Shown piece by piece: positions 1-14,982 of a DNA stretch of 64,000 bases. Under the pieces are notes generated by a model that saw only the letters and a program-made list of their open reading frames with translations, was not told where the DNA came from and made no database searches. Made by a program: the position numbers and the translations under genes. Origin of the DNA: Balanoglossus misakiensis (lineage: Eukaryota; Animalia; Hemichordata); assembly GCA_040954595.2 (NCBI GenBank), contig CM082589.2, positions 5,577,186 to 5,641,185 of the forward strand, read 5' to 3'. Numbering within the stretch: the first letter of the stretch is position 1; each line of letters begins with the position of its first letter.

Positions 1-3000
1 TGAAGCGTTGACAGCATTCCAGGAGTATCCGTCCCCCCCCCCTCTCTCTCTCTCTCTCCACCCATCCTGACCCACATTAGAAATGACTTGCTATTACTCA
101 AAAATCAACATCTATTTTCCACATGTCCCAATTTTGAACATTAGAGGAAAGAAAACTGTCAGCTAAACCTGGTATCTGCTGGATTCCCATCACAGAATGT
201 GGTCACGTTTTGATCGCATGCAAGATTACATCAATTTCATACAGAGCAGTATTGTAAGACTGAAGAGGACTTCTTTCTTCCATCTTTCATCCACTAGGTT
301 GACCCAATTATGGATCGGCCAAATGCAAATCACTTGAGGATTACATGATCGTGGAGTTCACAAGCATTCACGACTAGAAAACAACAGGCAGAATTCAGTA
401 TGTGCAGGCCTTGGTACAGGCCCTACAGGGGCGAACTTTTGTAAGGTTCGACTAGTTTTCATGGGAGTGTCCCACCGGCACCTGTTCTTCCTCACAGACC
501 TTGACACCTACTTTCTGCGGGGCTGGGTCGACCTGGTTTTGAGCGGCCAGTAGGTCGCATACTTTTGACGTTGTTTTAAGAGACCACTGTATCTACTGGC
601 TGAAGTGCTGAGGAATTCTCGCCCACCACCATAGACACGGACACACAAGGATGAAAAAAGTTATGCTAGGTGTGGTCGGGTGCGAGAGACATGGAATGGC
701 GCGGAGGCACTGCCGTTAAACTTGCAATAATCAAGTGCAGCTGATAGCGTTGCCGTGGTTTACGAGGGTCATTACTTTCTTTTTATCGCCCTGCAGTAAC
801 GGCGATTGCGAGGGAGGAGGGGGGGGGGGGTTGATAATGAACTGATGTAGTGTTCTGCGCGTGGAGGCATCCAAATCTGGCATCTATCCTTCGTATCCGT
901 AAAAACTCTGTGATATACAAAACAGACGCCAGAAAAATGTGAATTTTCCAAAGCTGTGATACCAGGGAATAAAATGCTTGTACACATTTATTCCACAATA
1001 GATGTGTTTTCACAAGTTAATATCTTGGTATGCTTTCCTTAACCGGCAAAGATTGACTCAGTATCAAGTCTGAAGCAACCCAAATCTGAGCATTTCAGCA
1101 GACAATGAAACGTAAAAGACAAACAAACAAATTGTAAATGAAGCAGGAAAATACTGATGTGTGATTGGTTGGAAGTTCTATCACATGGCAATTTGCATAA
1201 TGACAGGTGACCAGCCCATGAACAAATCAAATCAACTGTCCATCTATGCAGGCAGATAAAAAAAAAACTTGATAACTATAGGTACACAGATATCAATGGC
1301 AGCTTGTTCAATGGCTACACTTCAAACCAAATATAAGACCATCTGCACGTTGAAAACCCATTAACAGACCCATTTTATTCCAGAAGTCAACCCGCTGACT
1401 ACAGTTGGAATGATTTACGCAATCTTCTTCCTTAATTCCCGTCATGATCTACAAGAGTGGTGAAAAACTGATCTAGAACACGCAATTAAGTCCACTGTGC
1501 AAAATCCTCTCATGATTGCCACACAATTTACATGTACTATCTTGCATGCATGTGTACTGTACTTAACTTGACATGTTCACACTCTCCATTTTCCCCTTTC
1601 AATGCAAGGTGCCTATCTACTTATTGATTTTATTATCAATATTGATGTCTATATTACAAGGTTATAAACCTGCGCCCGAAATGTCATTACTGTATCAATT
1701 CAGCGTTTTTACAAGAGCCTTGAGAGAAATCGTGTTCAGCCAACATATACACATCGCAGCGGTAATCAAATTTCAAAATCGTGTTCCGAGCGATCAACAG
1801 TTCTGTGACAACTGCACAGAGGCAGAGAGTCACCACAGTAGCTGAAGTAGGCATAGTAGAGAATTATCTCCAGAATTCGTGGCAAGCGATATTCTGATCC
1901 ACTTGAGAAGCCACAGACAGTAAACATGTTTCGTGGCATCCTAAACAGGCTGTCAAAAACGCTATCTCCAAGAGACGCACAAAACATGGGCTGGGCCCGT
2001 TCTCTAAATACACCCAGGTCTAATTGCCGAGATCCGACACTGGGTCAAAGTTCACATTCCAAAGATTACCCACAAACCAATATTATTCCTATTATTCGGG
2101 CGATGGCTGTCAGCGGCCATTGTTTACGATGGAAAGTGCACGGCATCTGCATTATTTACACTTTCTGCAATCTCTCCAGCATGCCAATCGCACACACGTA
2201 CGTCTCAATAGCTCTTATCAGCTCTGGGAGTGACCGGTCAAAATAATTCATAAAGGAATTTTGAAAATTTGATAAGGTTTGCAGGAAAAACAACCAGATA
2301 GAAGAAAAAACTGAAACACACTGACAGGTGGAGCGTCCGAGTGAGATGAAGATATTCTTGCAACTGTTAATCCTCAGACACCTATAGCCATGAGACACAC
2401 CCGTTTTGAAAAATCTGTTACAATCCTAGCATAGCGTACTGAGATCACCATTTCCCCTTTGAAATGATTCTCAAACTGCATAACACTTGATGTTCGATCT
2501 GGTGAAAACGTATCCTGGAGAGCCTACAGTTCACACTGTTTCATCCAGACAGGGCCGGGGTGGGGTGGGGGGAATTCATCCCTGTTGACATGTTAGGACC
2601 CCTGGTAATTTGTCAGCGGGGGACCAGTGCCCCTTGAAATTGTACAGAAATGAATCTGACTAAACTTGGGAAGACAGTGGCTCAATAGTAACACCACACA
2701 TATGGCAAGCCATCCATGGGGAGGCTAAATATCAGAGAGTGTATTACATGTGAACAGCACGGGCCCAGATAAAAATCAAATCCATTTTATGACTCCGTGG
2801 GATGCGTTACAAGGACAGGTCACCACAAGGTCACGGTACCATAGAGCAGGCTCCATCCGCCTTGCCAGCAATTCCTCCATACATCATGCAGGATACTCTA
2901 CAGACAAATAGCTAACATGCAAAGACCTTGAGATGCCGTCATAGACAACATACTTTGAAACAAGGCCAACTAATTTTTTTATTTTGTTTTACATCTTATA

Positions 3001-4501
3001 GTCTGCAAAACTTTTGGGAGAATTTAAGAAAACACAAAGGGAAATTTTTTTTTCAATGTCTGTTTGCAGCACCATGCAATTCTGAGAAGAATAAAAAACA
3101 GTACCATACGATCTTTGAATCACTGGCAGAGAAACCATGTCTTTACAAGATTTATCCTCCCTTGTCAGACGTTTATTGAATGGATTATAGATTAGAAAGA
3201 ATATGCCCGCTAGCCAATATTGCAGAGCATGATATGTTAAAACTAATATTCGACGAATAATGATGAGGTTTCCATATGCTCAGCTGTAACACAGTAACAC
3301 TTTTAACCTCATCACCCCATGGTTCCTTACAGAATGCATTCTTCCGACTGATTTGTATGGCTACCATAGGACATACCACTGCGCTACAGGGGTGAAAAGT
3401 TGAGAGCAATGATTATTACGACAGAAGTAATTTCTTTCGTTGAAATAAGTCTTTCAATCACTTTTGGGGGTTCAAGAAATGGCCATCAATTTTCAATCAT
3501 TTGGGAAAATCAACAATTTGGTAAACTAATTTACAATACATGAACTCTTGGCCAGTGATGCGGATACAGGCACGTAGCTGATGACAAGGCTCGACTTTCA
3601 GACTGGTACTAGAGGCAGGTATCGGTGGTAATAATGGTTCTGTGTACAATCTCATGATCCTTCAGTTCTCCACAGTGCCACCAGCAAGAAAAATGCACCT
3701 ATCACCCCCACAGGTGATGTCCATGACTGAACATTCAATATATTATGAGATTTGCGTTGCCTTGTTACAAACAGACATCACTAGACTCACTCGCTCTCAC
3801 ATCGTCGCTGCTGGTGAGACGTGCAAAAGTTCACGGATGGATTCTGTTTTTCTCTCTCCGCAAATCAAACCCCAGGGAAATCATTTTCAATTAAGTGGTT
3901 TCCATCACAAATATGGTAAACTTTTCTTCATCCCCCACACTGTTTGTACATAGTGATTTTGGATCAAGTTCAAGGCAATGAGTTACGCAGTGTGAAATGC
4001 ATTTCAAAGTTGTTTTGCATAATCAGTAAAATACTATTACTGGGTAGATGTATTAACTATTATGTTATAACACGTACTGCTTTGTGTGTGCATTGCATCA
4101 AAACTAATACCCTGGATCAGCAGACATGATCTGGTATAATTGCTTACATGTTTATCAGCTCAAACAGCTGCCCTGTTGTCAGCAGGGTGGGGCTGGACCA
4201 AATTACAAGAATGGGGGGGGGAGATGAAACATTTAAACGATTCTTGACAACTGCCTGGTTCGACTTTACAGCAAACAGTTCAAGGAAACTGTTGAATACA
4301 GACAGCGTAATTTATGCATGGTCAGGATATTGGATTCGAGGTGCCGGAGGCTACAGTCAATCATACCATCTTCTTTTATTTGCCACGGTGCAATTCTCCC
4401 ATCACCGGTACTCAGGCAAGCGGATGTAAGACGAGTGCAATGAACAGGTTGACAACTGCTGCGTAAAGGTCGCTGTGTGAAGGCTTTATCCTTGTTTCTT
4501 C

Positions 4502-4503
<2 letters not shown>

Positions 4504-4537
<34 letters not shown>

Positions 4538-4548
4538 GTCATCATCAA

Positions 4549-4640
<92 letters not shown>

Positions 4641-4656
4641 CCACCACCACCATCAC

Positions 4657-4709
<53 letters not shown>

Positions 4710-4728
4710 CCACCACCACCACCACCAC
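4504..4728. repeat. (CAT)n/(CAC)n microsatellite
   Basis: About 75 triplets, directly visible. Confidence 0.98.
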
Positions 4729-7700
4729 TATCTCACTAGCTGTCTAACTCTTAGATGACACAATCCTTGCTGGCAAATGCAATTAACCAACTAGATGTCA
4801 GCATGTTGCGTATGAGATGACAGGAGTGACGTGAGCATGCATTAAGTGATTGCATACTGTCCTTGAACCAAATTCAGGAGATAGTTCAGACGAGAGCTGT
4901 GCACACACTGTGGTCAATCCTTTGCAGTCAGACTGAGCATGAATTGCACGTTACCCCTTTATTCTGAACAGCATTTACGAACTGGGTTTGGATTTTTGAA
5001 GCACAATAAATCACTTGCCGCTCTGTATTCTTCACACCTGTATGGGCTCTACCCAGAATGCAGTGCGACAGTGGGAGTGGGAGGTGATCAGAACCAATGG
5101 CCAGTGCAAAGCTGTTGCCACGGTTACACGTACACAATACAGGGGCCTGGTCATCCATACTTACGCACATCCAGCAAAAACAACATGCTCTCTCTCTCTT
5201 TCACAAAGTTCACCTCTATACCCATAAACTAATCATCAGCTCATAGCCAACCCTATCATGTTAGCATCCTACAACTGAAGACGACAGCGGGGTTAATTTA
5301 TATTTACACAGGCACACACGGACCATATCTCAATAACTCGATCACCCCTTGCGGACATGGGTGGTTGGCTGCAGAGAATGGCAGCGCACATCCAATTGTA
5401 ACGTTCCCACACAAATTCCCACCACAAGGAACGCACTGGTGTAAAAATAACAGCGATAATTTTTAAGGGGTAGTACATAGTGCAAGAACTTTTTTGCAGA
5501 AATTTGTGTTGTAGAGAGCCAACTCTGACAGAACAAAAAGTGTGTTTACACCACAACATCTGAGAACAGAACAGCAAGCTGGGTATCACGTAATTAGCTT
5601 TCAAGTGCGTAGTTCAATGTGTAATACCTGAGGCTGCCTTTTTGGCAGATCAGGGAGAATGCATGTAGATTCTAGGCTAGTTGTTCCTTGCTATAAAAGA
5701 TGTCACCTTCATTATCAAGGTCATATAAATGTCATTTCCAGCACAGCCCAATGTCAAGTTCATGGCATCTCATATGATCTATAAGGTCATTGGCATTGTA
5801 ACCAATATTGCTGCATTCCTCCTCAGGTGAGCTTCCATGGTTGCCACGACAACAACTGCGCTAGAAACCTCCCAGGACTATTTAAAATATCACAAAGCAC
5901 TCTTTGATTTTGTGCCCCCATTAGGGTTAACATGGCTGTATCCATTATCCAATTTCAATTTAACTCTGCAGCACTCATATTTCTAAACATACATTTCACA
6001 GATGACAGCTGTCCAGATATGAACGTTGACAGCTTTGCAGACTCTATTCTGCAAATGTTACTGGAAACAATTTAACAAAACTGAGTCATGGCAACAGGCT
6101 GCAGTGTTTTTAGAGTATGTATCAATGTTGATGAGGATAGACTAGAATAGAATATAAAATAAAATGTATTAGATTAGAATTCAATTGGAATAGGATATAG
6201 AAGTTAGAACAGATGAGAATAGAAAATGAAACAGAACAGAACAGAATATTCATACCAACCAATATTATGCCAAACGATATTTGCCACAGACAACATCCCA
6301 AAGCCATAATTTTCATCTAAGTACAACTTAGTAGCAAGATTGTTCAACTAGGTCAGAGTAATTTATGTTACGTTGACTTGGCAGGGTAGTATTTCATGAT
6401 TAGGTTATCATTAAATTCAACCTTCATGAGTCTATTAAGGAATGGTGCCCTTATTGTACCCTTCCAAACAATTTCCTGAAAAAACATCTCCCACACAAGA
6501 TGGTGAGCTGTCATTGTTTAAAAAAATAAATCTATGGTTTAGAGACTAAATATTATAATACTGGTTTTTTATCTGTCGAATACATCCTGCACTAAATTGT
6601 GTTCTAATGACAAGATGATATATGGTGATATGCTTATATGGTCACATGATTAAATGGTAATTATATGCTAATATGGTTAGATGCTAATATGATCATATGC
6701 TAATAATGCTAATATTGTCATATAGCATTTAATTACACATATTAAACCTCCACTTCGTGTTATTTAGTGCAATTTCTTGTTTGAATCTCTAAAGCTGATT
6801 TATAAGTATAAACATTGAAAATATAGTATATGTATATTTTTTTTTGTTGGGGGGGGGGGGTTCCAAGCTTCAAAAGTACCCACCCCCTACACTCCTCTGA
6901 TTGGGTAAACATTTTCATCACACTCATTTTCCCAGAATCTTTTCATCAGTAGAAGAGTACACACAGCATTGGGTCAACTATAAACAATATCTGTATGTCA
7001 TACAAGAGATAGCATCTTATATAGCATGCAATCTTTGAAGTCTCCTTGACATTTGAGAAGTCTGTAGTTATTCATGTCAAGAAAACCATTATTCATACAT
7101 TTTCCCCCACTGCAATCATTGCCGATAACTTCTCTAGAGACAGCTGCCATGTCAAAACGGTTCCTACTTCAAACTGTCTCGACAACGTATGCTTCCTATC
7201 CTAAATAACAGAAGCCAAAAGACACACCCATCCTGATATTTTTTCTTGTAGTGTCATGCTCCCTTGCATGTTAATGCAAAACACCTAACATTATTAGCCA
7301 ACATCACGTACAGATGTACATTGCACTACTGAGCTAAGTTTCCCACTGGATCAACTCTGGGCTATCCCAAGGCCAGCCTTGGTTGGCCAAATTATAACAC
7401 CTCATTAACAGACAACAATACCAAAGGTTACATCAGGCTAAAATGAGCCATAAAGCACATCAGGCTACATAAACAAGACTAGCAGTGAGCTAGCACTGGG
7501 CCAACCCACAGTTAGCCCAAAGCAGCTCTACATATAATTAGCAAAGAACAATTGATCTGTATAGTACTGCACTGTATACTGTATTGTACTGCGCATGAAA
7601 CTTATAGTTTTTAGCATATGGACTATTTGAAAAACATAGGTAGAAAAATAATCAAAATTGTAGAATAAATTGGAAATGCAGGTAGGTTTTTTTTCTGTTA

Positions 7701-10700
7701 CAGGCAGTTGTTATCTATACTGCTGTACATACATGTAACATTTTGTATGCATTTTTTATGATTGGCAGTAATTGTAGTTGAAATCCATATATAAATGATA
7801 CTGTATCAAATACCATATTGATAATACATGCTTATCACGCCTGTGTGTATGGCAGGCTTCTCTCTTGAACAGAGAGAGATTTTCCAGAAAATTCCAAGGG
7901 AGAATTCTTTCTTTTTTCCCAACAGTGACTTATTCATCTGCAAGCTCCTCAAAAGTCTGGCCTATCTCAATTCTTCTCCCTGGGGAGCAAGGGGCCACGT
8001 CCCGACACAACACAGCGCTTCAAAACACAGCAGACAGCGGCGTCCATCACTTTTAATAAACTATTCATAGGCATACCTCAAAAGAGGTACCTGTACAGAG
8101 GAGGAATGGTTGCCGGGCAACCAGCCACAGATGCCCTGGAGCAGAAGATTTTAACTGTCAGTTCAAATACAGCACGTTAGGAGTGTCTCTTCTGGAATAA
8201 AAGCTTCAAGAGACGTCTGTCTGATTGTGGTGACGTACCGCTATCTAATTACCAAGCATACTGTATTCTTAGTATAGTACATTCAAATCACATTCAACTA
8301 TCACTGTCACTTATATGCAAATTTATTCAAATAATATGCACCAAGTGTGTAAGCATTTGACAAGAATTCTTATTTATGCTAAACATGCACACAGTAAATC
8401 ACTATGCTTTTTTTTCTCAGACTATCCAGGTATAATGAACAGTGATATCATTTTATGAACATACATGAGAAGTGACTTTTTACAAAATATATGCTCGCTT
8501 GCCTACGAGACAGAGTAATCAGAATTCTAGGCTATAAGGCCGCCAATATTAACTAACGTCATTCTTAATAGGTGGGATCGCCTTGACCCCCGGTTCACAT
8601 CAACCTCTGCAGCGCTGTTCCACATACAAATTGAAATCCCCTTCCAAGGTTACGGAGTCTGATAAGCATTCCGTCGACATATTGAATGTGAGACAAACCC
8701 CGGACGACAGATTTTCAGGATAAATCTCTCGACTCTCATCTCACACCCCGGCCACTTGGCTGTGATGGAATTTTCCGTTTTTTTCAGCCGGCAGATGCAC
8801 CCGCAAATAAATGAATCTAGAACACTTGCATTTTTCATCACTTTGCAGAAACAGATCCTGCATGTCTGCTATGCAGGTGAAAATGACAGATACATCATCA
8901 AAAAGGCTTTAAAAAGCACAGCCTTATCTCTAGTCCCCGCACTATGTATTATATTTTCACCAAATCATCCATTAAATTCCCTAAATTATGAATCTTTATT
9001 CATCAAATTGACAACATTCTCATGATTCTGATTTGAGTCTAATTTTTGTAACGTCCTCAGTGTAAAGCATTCAAGGTGTATTGGTGCTGTAGTTGCATTG
9101 AATTGCAGAAAAAAAATTAATCAAGCAACCATAACCACTACAATGATGAGCAGAGTCATCAGGTAGCACAATGTCCACATGTACCACACGTGTAAACACT
9201 TAAAATGGGTACAAAATACTTGCTTAGATTATAATCAGGTACTGCGGTAATTAAATTTTTATTCGCCCACCGCAAAGAAAATCACGTACAAGGATGTGGT
9301 TATAAGCACTAAAAGCTTCTCTATTATTTCATTTGGAATAATCATAACAGAAAAAAAGTCTTATTTCAACAAATTAAAATTTGCTCATCCCCCCCCCCCC
9401 CCCTTTACTTGTGGACGGGTCCATTCTCTTCATAAACACAACACGGGTTAAACCAAAGTGTTAAGGTGAAAAGGGGTGGTGCAGCCTAATTGAATATTTG
9501 ACCTATTTGAAGAACCCTTTTGAAATTCTCCTCAAATCGAGTGGGAGTGACGCTAGATCGTAAGCAGATTGACAAGGCTTCTGGATTACATTTCAACACG
9601 GTCTTGAATGCAAAGAAGGCACGATGCAGCAAAAGAAAGGAAAAATCGCACAGAAATTCTGGTCATTTTCTTGCAGAGGCTAGGCACTATACGTTTTGAG
9701 ATCAAAAAGAAATAGCTTTGAGAATCATCGCGGAAATTCTGGCCAAATCACCTCGGATGTGCTGAAATTCAAAATGGCTGCCGTTCACATTCCCATGGGA
9801 ACCATTTGTTCCGAAATGAAGATTCCTACACGCCTTTTATGCAGTAAATATACAGAAATATGAAATCAGTCGCTTATCAGCCCATAGCGACAATACAATA
9901 AAGTCATTTCTCCCAATAGAAAAATATTATGAACAATATTTTTTGATGATCAAAACACGAGCAAAAAGAAATGGAAATTTATCTCCATCATTAAATGCAT
10001 TGTCATGGTGATGTACCCAAGAAGCCACGGGGTACGAATAATGAACACTGTGATTTTATGAACTGCTTGCAATGCACTGACAGCGAAATTACTGCATACA
10101 GCAGTTCCACCATTACCACTGCTGTGAGTGATATTAGTAACGATTTCAAATGAGTTATCAACCACTGGGTAATGACTACACTACCGAAAGAATTACAATT
10201 TTTTTAACCACAGAATTGCGGAGCAAACCTCAGCAGGTATAAGCTGAAAATGGCGGCCTGTCTGTCTGTATTGAGACGCCACACACATCTGCTAAAATAA
10301 CACATTATTTTCTGTAATTCCAAATTTCTTAGTTTTTTAAGCCCATTTTTAGAATTCTACATAATCACCCTCAAAAACACACACACACTTCGTCTCCTTA
10401 TAACATATAGTTTACTTGATTTGTGCCAAAATGTTTACAGGGACCAGCATTCAATATCACCTAAGATCAAATTAAACGAGAGCCTGAAACCATAATATCA
10501 AATTTATCGGCACGAAATTTCATTATCCTGCTTCTCAATGGCTGTAGGTGTAATATTTCAACGCATCCATGTCAACAGGGCAGTGATTCTTGACATTTTA
10601 TAGGTTTGAGTTTCTGTTTTATTGGTCACAATTTCCATACACCTCACCTTAAAATATCCATTATGATAATGACAGGTCAGTTTCAAGTTCAAGTTTGACT

Positions 10701-13700
10701 GAAAGGCACGAATGATTGTAATTCTTGGAAACATATGTGAAGCACTTGAACTAGATAAGGTTGGGGTATGGTGAGCTGAGTAGCAGGATGGGTTGGGAGG
10801 GTTGTACCCCCTCCCCTTAAAAAAAGATCAGGGCACACCTGTAAATGAGAAAGGCTGTCGTGTTTTCCAAGAGCGAGAGAGAAGCTGACTGTAATATCTC
10901 TACCTTGTCTGCTCGTCGACCAAATCACACGCACTGCTCTGAGCACAGGCAGAAATCTGATTTGGCCGATCAGTTTTATTGCATTATCCAGGCAGCCATG
11001 TAAAGTCTGCCTTCAATGCAAAAGACATACATCGCTGCGGTTGTCGACACTAATTAACATGTCTGTCTGTCAGTCTATCTATCTGTCTGTCATTTAGCCA
11101 TTTGCTCAGAAATTAACACAACACCTTGGAAGTCCGTCAGATTGACAATTTTCTGTATAAATATTTCTCACATTGATTCAAGAGAAAGACTGTAATGTAC
11201 AACTGAAAATAAATGTTGCTTCATGATTAAAATGTGATTACTATCTCATGTTTATGAAGAGAACAGATTGGGAGTAGTGATCTGCATAGTACACAATTTT
11301 CTGAGATATTTCTGTAACTGAGTGTATATGTTCCCCTCGCTTTTTCAATCACTGCTTCTAGACAGAAAGCCTGAAAGGTGAATTTTAATTCCGTTCCGAT
11401 ATAACCCACGTAAAGATGTCTTACGGCTGAACGACTGCATGTAGCATTTCATCCATTCTCAGCATGAAATGGACAGAACTAATTTGTCAAAAATAAATTT
11501 TGATCCACGAGCAACCAAGTGATCTGAATAAAAGGATTTTTATGGCTGATTAGATCCACTATTTTATACACAATTTCTACTTCCGGGCAAATCCGAAATG
11601 GTTGTAAACGTGAGAAATTCAACCATGCAAGTTTTCATGCACCTAAGGGGTATTTGGCCATTGCCAGCACACCACGTAAACAGGCTGACTGCTCATCTTC
11701 CTGCTGATTCGCAAATCACAATACTACACTGTCTTATACAAATATCTTAGTTTTCTAAGCAGAGTACTGTCAATATCAGTTTATCATAAATTATGCACAA
11801 ACTTCAGCCATTTTAATGTCAGATTTAATCACTTGGTTTTTGATGGGGGACGCTAACCTTTGAACTGTCTGGGATGTACCATTCTTCATTTAAGGGGTGT
11901 GAGGAAGTGAGATGGAGGGGGGAGTTTCTTGGAATTGAAAAGCATCTTTACAGCTCATTTCAGTGATAACCTGAATGCAGTATCTTTTCTTCTCAATCTT
12001 CGACTTCACAGCAGGAAAAAAGCTGAATTTTTATTTTTACAAAGCAATAAAAGATGAAGCCAGGAAACCAGCTGCATATATCAGATCGGCTGGAGACAGC
12101 TCTGAAATGTGGCTATAATCTTGGCTATCGTACAGGAATGTTTAAAATGCTATTTCTGGGAACAAACAAGGCCTGGCTAATCACAGCCCTGGTTTCCGAT
12201 ATTAGCCTGTTGACATACAACCTGCCTAATCATCTAGAATTCTTTGGCCAACAATATCAATGGCCGTTTCACACAAACAGGCTATGTTGACATGTGGAGT
12301 ACTGGGTATATTAACATGCTGTTTGGAGTAGAACAAGAAATTACATTTGAGAATAAATATACTGGAAACAAAGCCAAAAGTTACAGCTAGTGTCCCTTTA
12401 AGTGTACGTAGACTTCGATAAGTGTCCAGTGAGTGTTGACATGTGGGAATCAATCACTGCTGTATTGGTTACATGTATTGTAATTTCCATCTCATCAAAC
12501 AGTATGTTTACTCAGGACATATGTACATGTAAACCTATCCAGTCACATACTTCTCATCGCCCAGGCCAGCATCTTGAGTTCCCAGTTTCCACAGAGAAGC
12601 TGGGGTTATTCAAGGTTGACATGGACATTTGAGTCTCTAACATAACAGACAATCATATTTGAGCTGGGCAAAGAAACAATCACTTTTCATTTTCACTACT
12701 ATAAGACTAAAACAGCTTTTGGTGTGAAAAATCGAAACAGCCATGTCCACTGCTGTTTGGTCTAACTCAAATCATCACTTCCTAAGTGACCACAAGATTC
12801 TGATGCACAGCTATGATTCCAATCCTCGTTTTATCGTGGTCCGCTCGGCTTCCAACGGCACATCACTGACACCAGCAGTCTGCTAATCTAATAAATTCTA
12901 ATCACATACATACATCATTGACTTCACGCTGGACCAACTGACTAATTATTACTCATTGTCATGATCACTTCACCACAATAGTGCGTTTACTCATCAAAGC
13001 AATTGGTAAATGTATGCATGATAACTAATATAATAGAATGACTTGCCAACGTCTCCTGGAATAATGAAGATATTATGCATGCTCAGATAACGGTACATAG
13101 CAGAGTTGAAACTTATAGTGCTATTAGCATAAAATTTACATTCTGATAGTTCTTTTGGCCAGTTTTATTTTGCCAGCCCCACGCATTTTTTTAATTCATA
13201 CTTTTAACATATGTGCAGAATGACATCACATGTGGAAGTGTACGGATGTGTGTTTGATGTCTGGAGGTTGTTGTTTTGCGTAGCAAAGAATGAATTGAAA
13301 TCGTTTGTAACCAAACACATGTACATGACGTGCCCTGTCAGACGCTTTATCTGACCTAACACAAAACACTGGCCGATACGTGTTCGAAAACACGACTTCA
13401 GACACTCCCACGCAATAAATTCTCAACAAAACTCACAATAAAGACCTGCCAGTATCTCGGACCGACGTGTGACAACTTTTCACTGCTCAGGCAAGAACCT
13501 GATATCAGACAGGATGCTCGCAACTGCAATGGGTGGTTCCCATCCAGTTTTGACTCGAGTGATCTCAGTTTTCAGCTAAAAGAAGAAACTGAAACATTCA
13601 AACTAAACGAATTCATGAAACTCTCAGAAGGGTGGATGAAATCTGTCTTTGCAATTATACACCGCAGAAGACAGACTTCATGTGATGGTTTCACAAATGC

Positions 13701-13758
13701 TTGATAAGGCTCGAACGTGTGTAAAACCACCATAATTCTCCCACCAAATCCCCATTAA

Positions 13759-13804
13759 AGGGACAAAGTCTCTCTCGCTCGAGAGAGAGAGAGACTTTGT
13801 CCCT
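13759..13804. mobile_element. 46-bp palindromic TTAA-flanked mini-element (Kolobok-like ends)
   Basis: TTAA|AGGGACAAAGTCTCTCTC...GAGAGAGACTTTGTCCCT|TTAA. The segment 13753-13810 is a near-perfect palindrome. Confidence 0.7.
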
Positions 13805-14897
13805 TTAATGAAACAAGCTGATTTAAGTCCCTACCTAATATTGACTAGCAGTCCGTGCAGAGAGAGAGAGATACTCCTCACGAAAACGGTCCGGGATGTC
13901 ACCACTCTTGGGAAACGTCTTCGTCTTCTTAATCTGTCTGCAACGAGAGACATCACATTAATCTCTCTTGGGTTAAACAGAAGGGTAGGCTAATCTCCCC
14001 CCTGATCAGTACATGTCTGGTAGCGGCGACTGCTTTTAGTGGAAATACCAGTTAGTTGATAAAGTGTCCGCTTACAGGGGGATCTAAACACCACTGTGTG
14101 TAACTTTACGTAACTCTGAATGAGAAATTCCGTTCACAACAGGTGCAACCCCATCTATTTGTGGGAATTTGCATCGGCTGGATTATGTCAGACGGAGTTT
14201 CAAGTATCTGGGGAGAGAAACAAGCAGTGAATGACCGATTGTGTGTTTTTGCATGTGTTTTTTGTAGACTGTGTACAAAGTCACCGTAATTCTCCCTACC
14301 TTAATTAGGTTTTTGCTACCTAGGTGAGTGATGAAAATCTCACACGGTCAACACAATTTCAAGATGGCCAATTTTTCCATATTTTGATACTTTGATGAAA
14401 CAGACTTGAATATTAATCTGCATGAATACTAATGAGTGTGAATATTAACGAGTAGTCAGAACTAAAGTCACAATCGGGAGAACTGTTTTTCCAAGCTAAT
14501 TCAAGTCAAAGTGGGTGCATCGCTCCAAAAAACAAAGCGTTTCTGTTCAGTCTGCAGACAGAACCTTTACTTAGTGACTCTAGCTGCGAGGGTACAGAAA
14601 CAGCAGACACAACAAGCTTGATTTCAAAACAGAGCGTAATATTTCCACCAAGTGGATGCTTGTAGGATTTGCACTCAAGTGGGTAAAAACACTTCAGTTT
14701 ATTTTTAAAAACCCTGAAGTGCTCCATCTGTGTGCCGAGTAAGGTATATCAGAAATGAAGCTAGGCTTGTCGAGGTTTATAAACTGCGCTGAGAGACGAA
14801 TGATGATACAATCTCCATCCATCAGTTACTATGCATCCAGATGGAGTAAACTGGAAGAGTTAATATGATTGCCAATAACGCTTCATCCAACATTTAA

Positions 14898-14982
14898 CCC
14901 CTTCACCACCACGGTTTAGTCCAAACCCATTGTTTTCTATGGTCAGGTTGGACCTCTATAGAGGGAACTGGGGGTGAAAGGG
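14898..14982. mobile_element. 85-bp piggyBac-like MITE, copy 1
   Basis: TTAA|CCCCTTCACC...GGTGAAAGGG|TTAA: TTAA target-site duplication and CCC/GGG ends. Differs from the copy at 38183-38267 at 7 positions. Confidence 0.88.

Noticed and set aside
4477-4758. Poly-His ORF (+) and poly-Met ORF (-)
   Set aside because: Both are translations of a (CAT)n microsatellite, with no splice or domain support.
8520-8770. Possible tRNA-derived SINE on the minus strand (A-box-like CAGCCAAGTGG); similar faint SINE-core impression at about 500-545
   Set aside because: No clear B box, tail or TSD, and no second copy in the window. Needs a repeat-library search.
9770-9785. Recurrent CAAAATGGC/GCCATCTTG motifs (also at about 10248, 14360, 16248, 58118, 58696, 63186)
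   Set aside because: Probably internal motifs of old DNA-transposon fragments. I could not define element boundaries.
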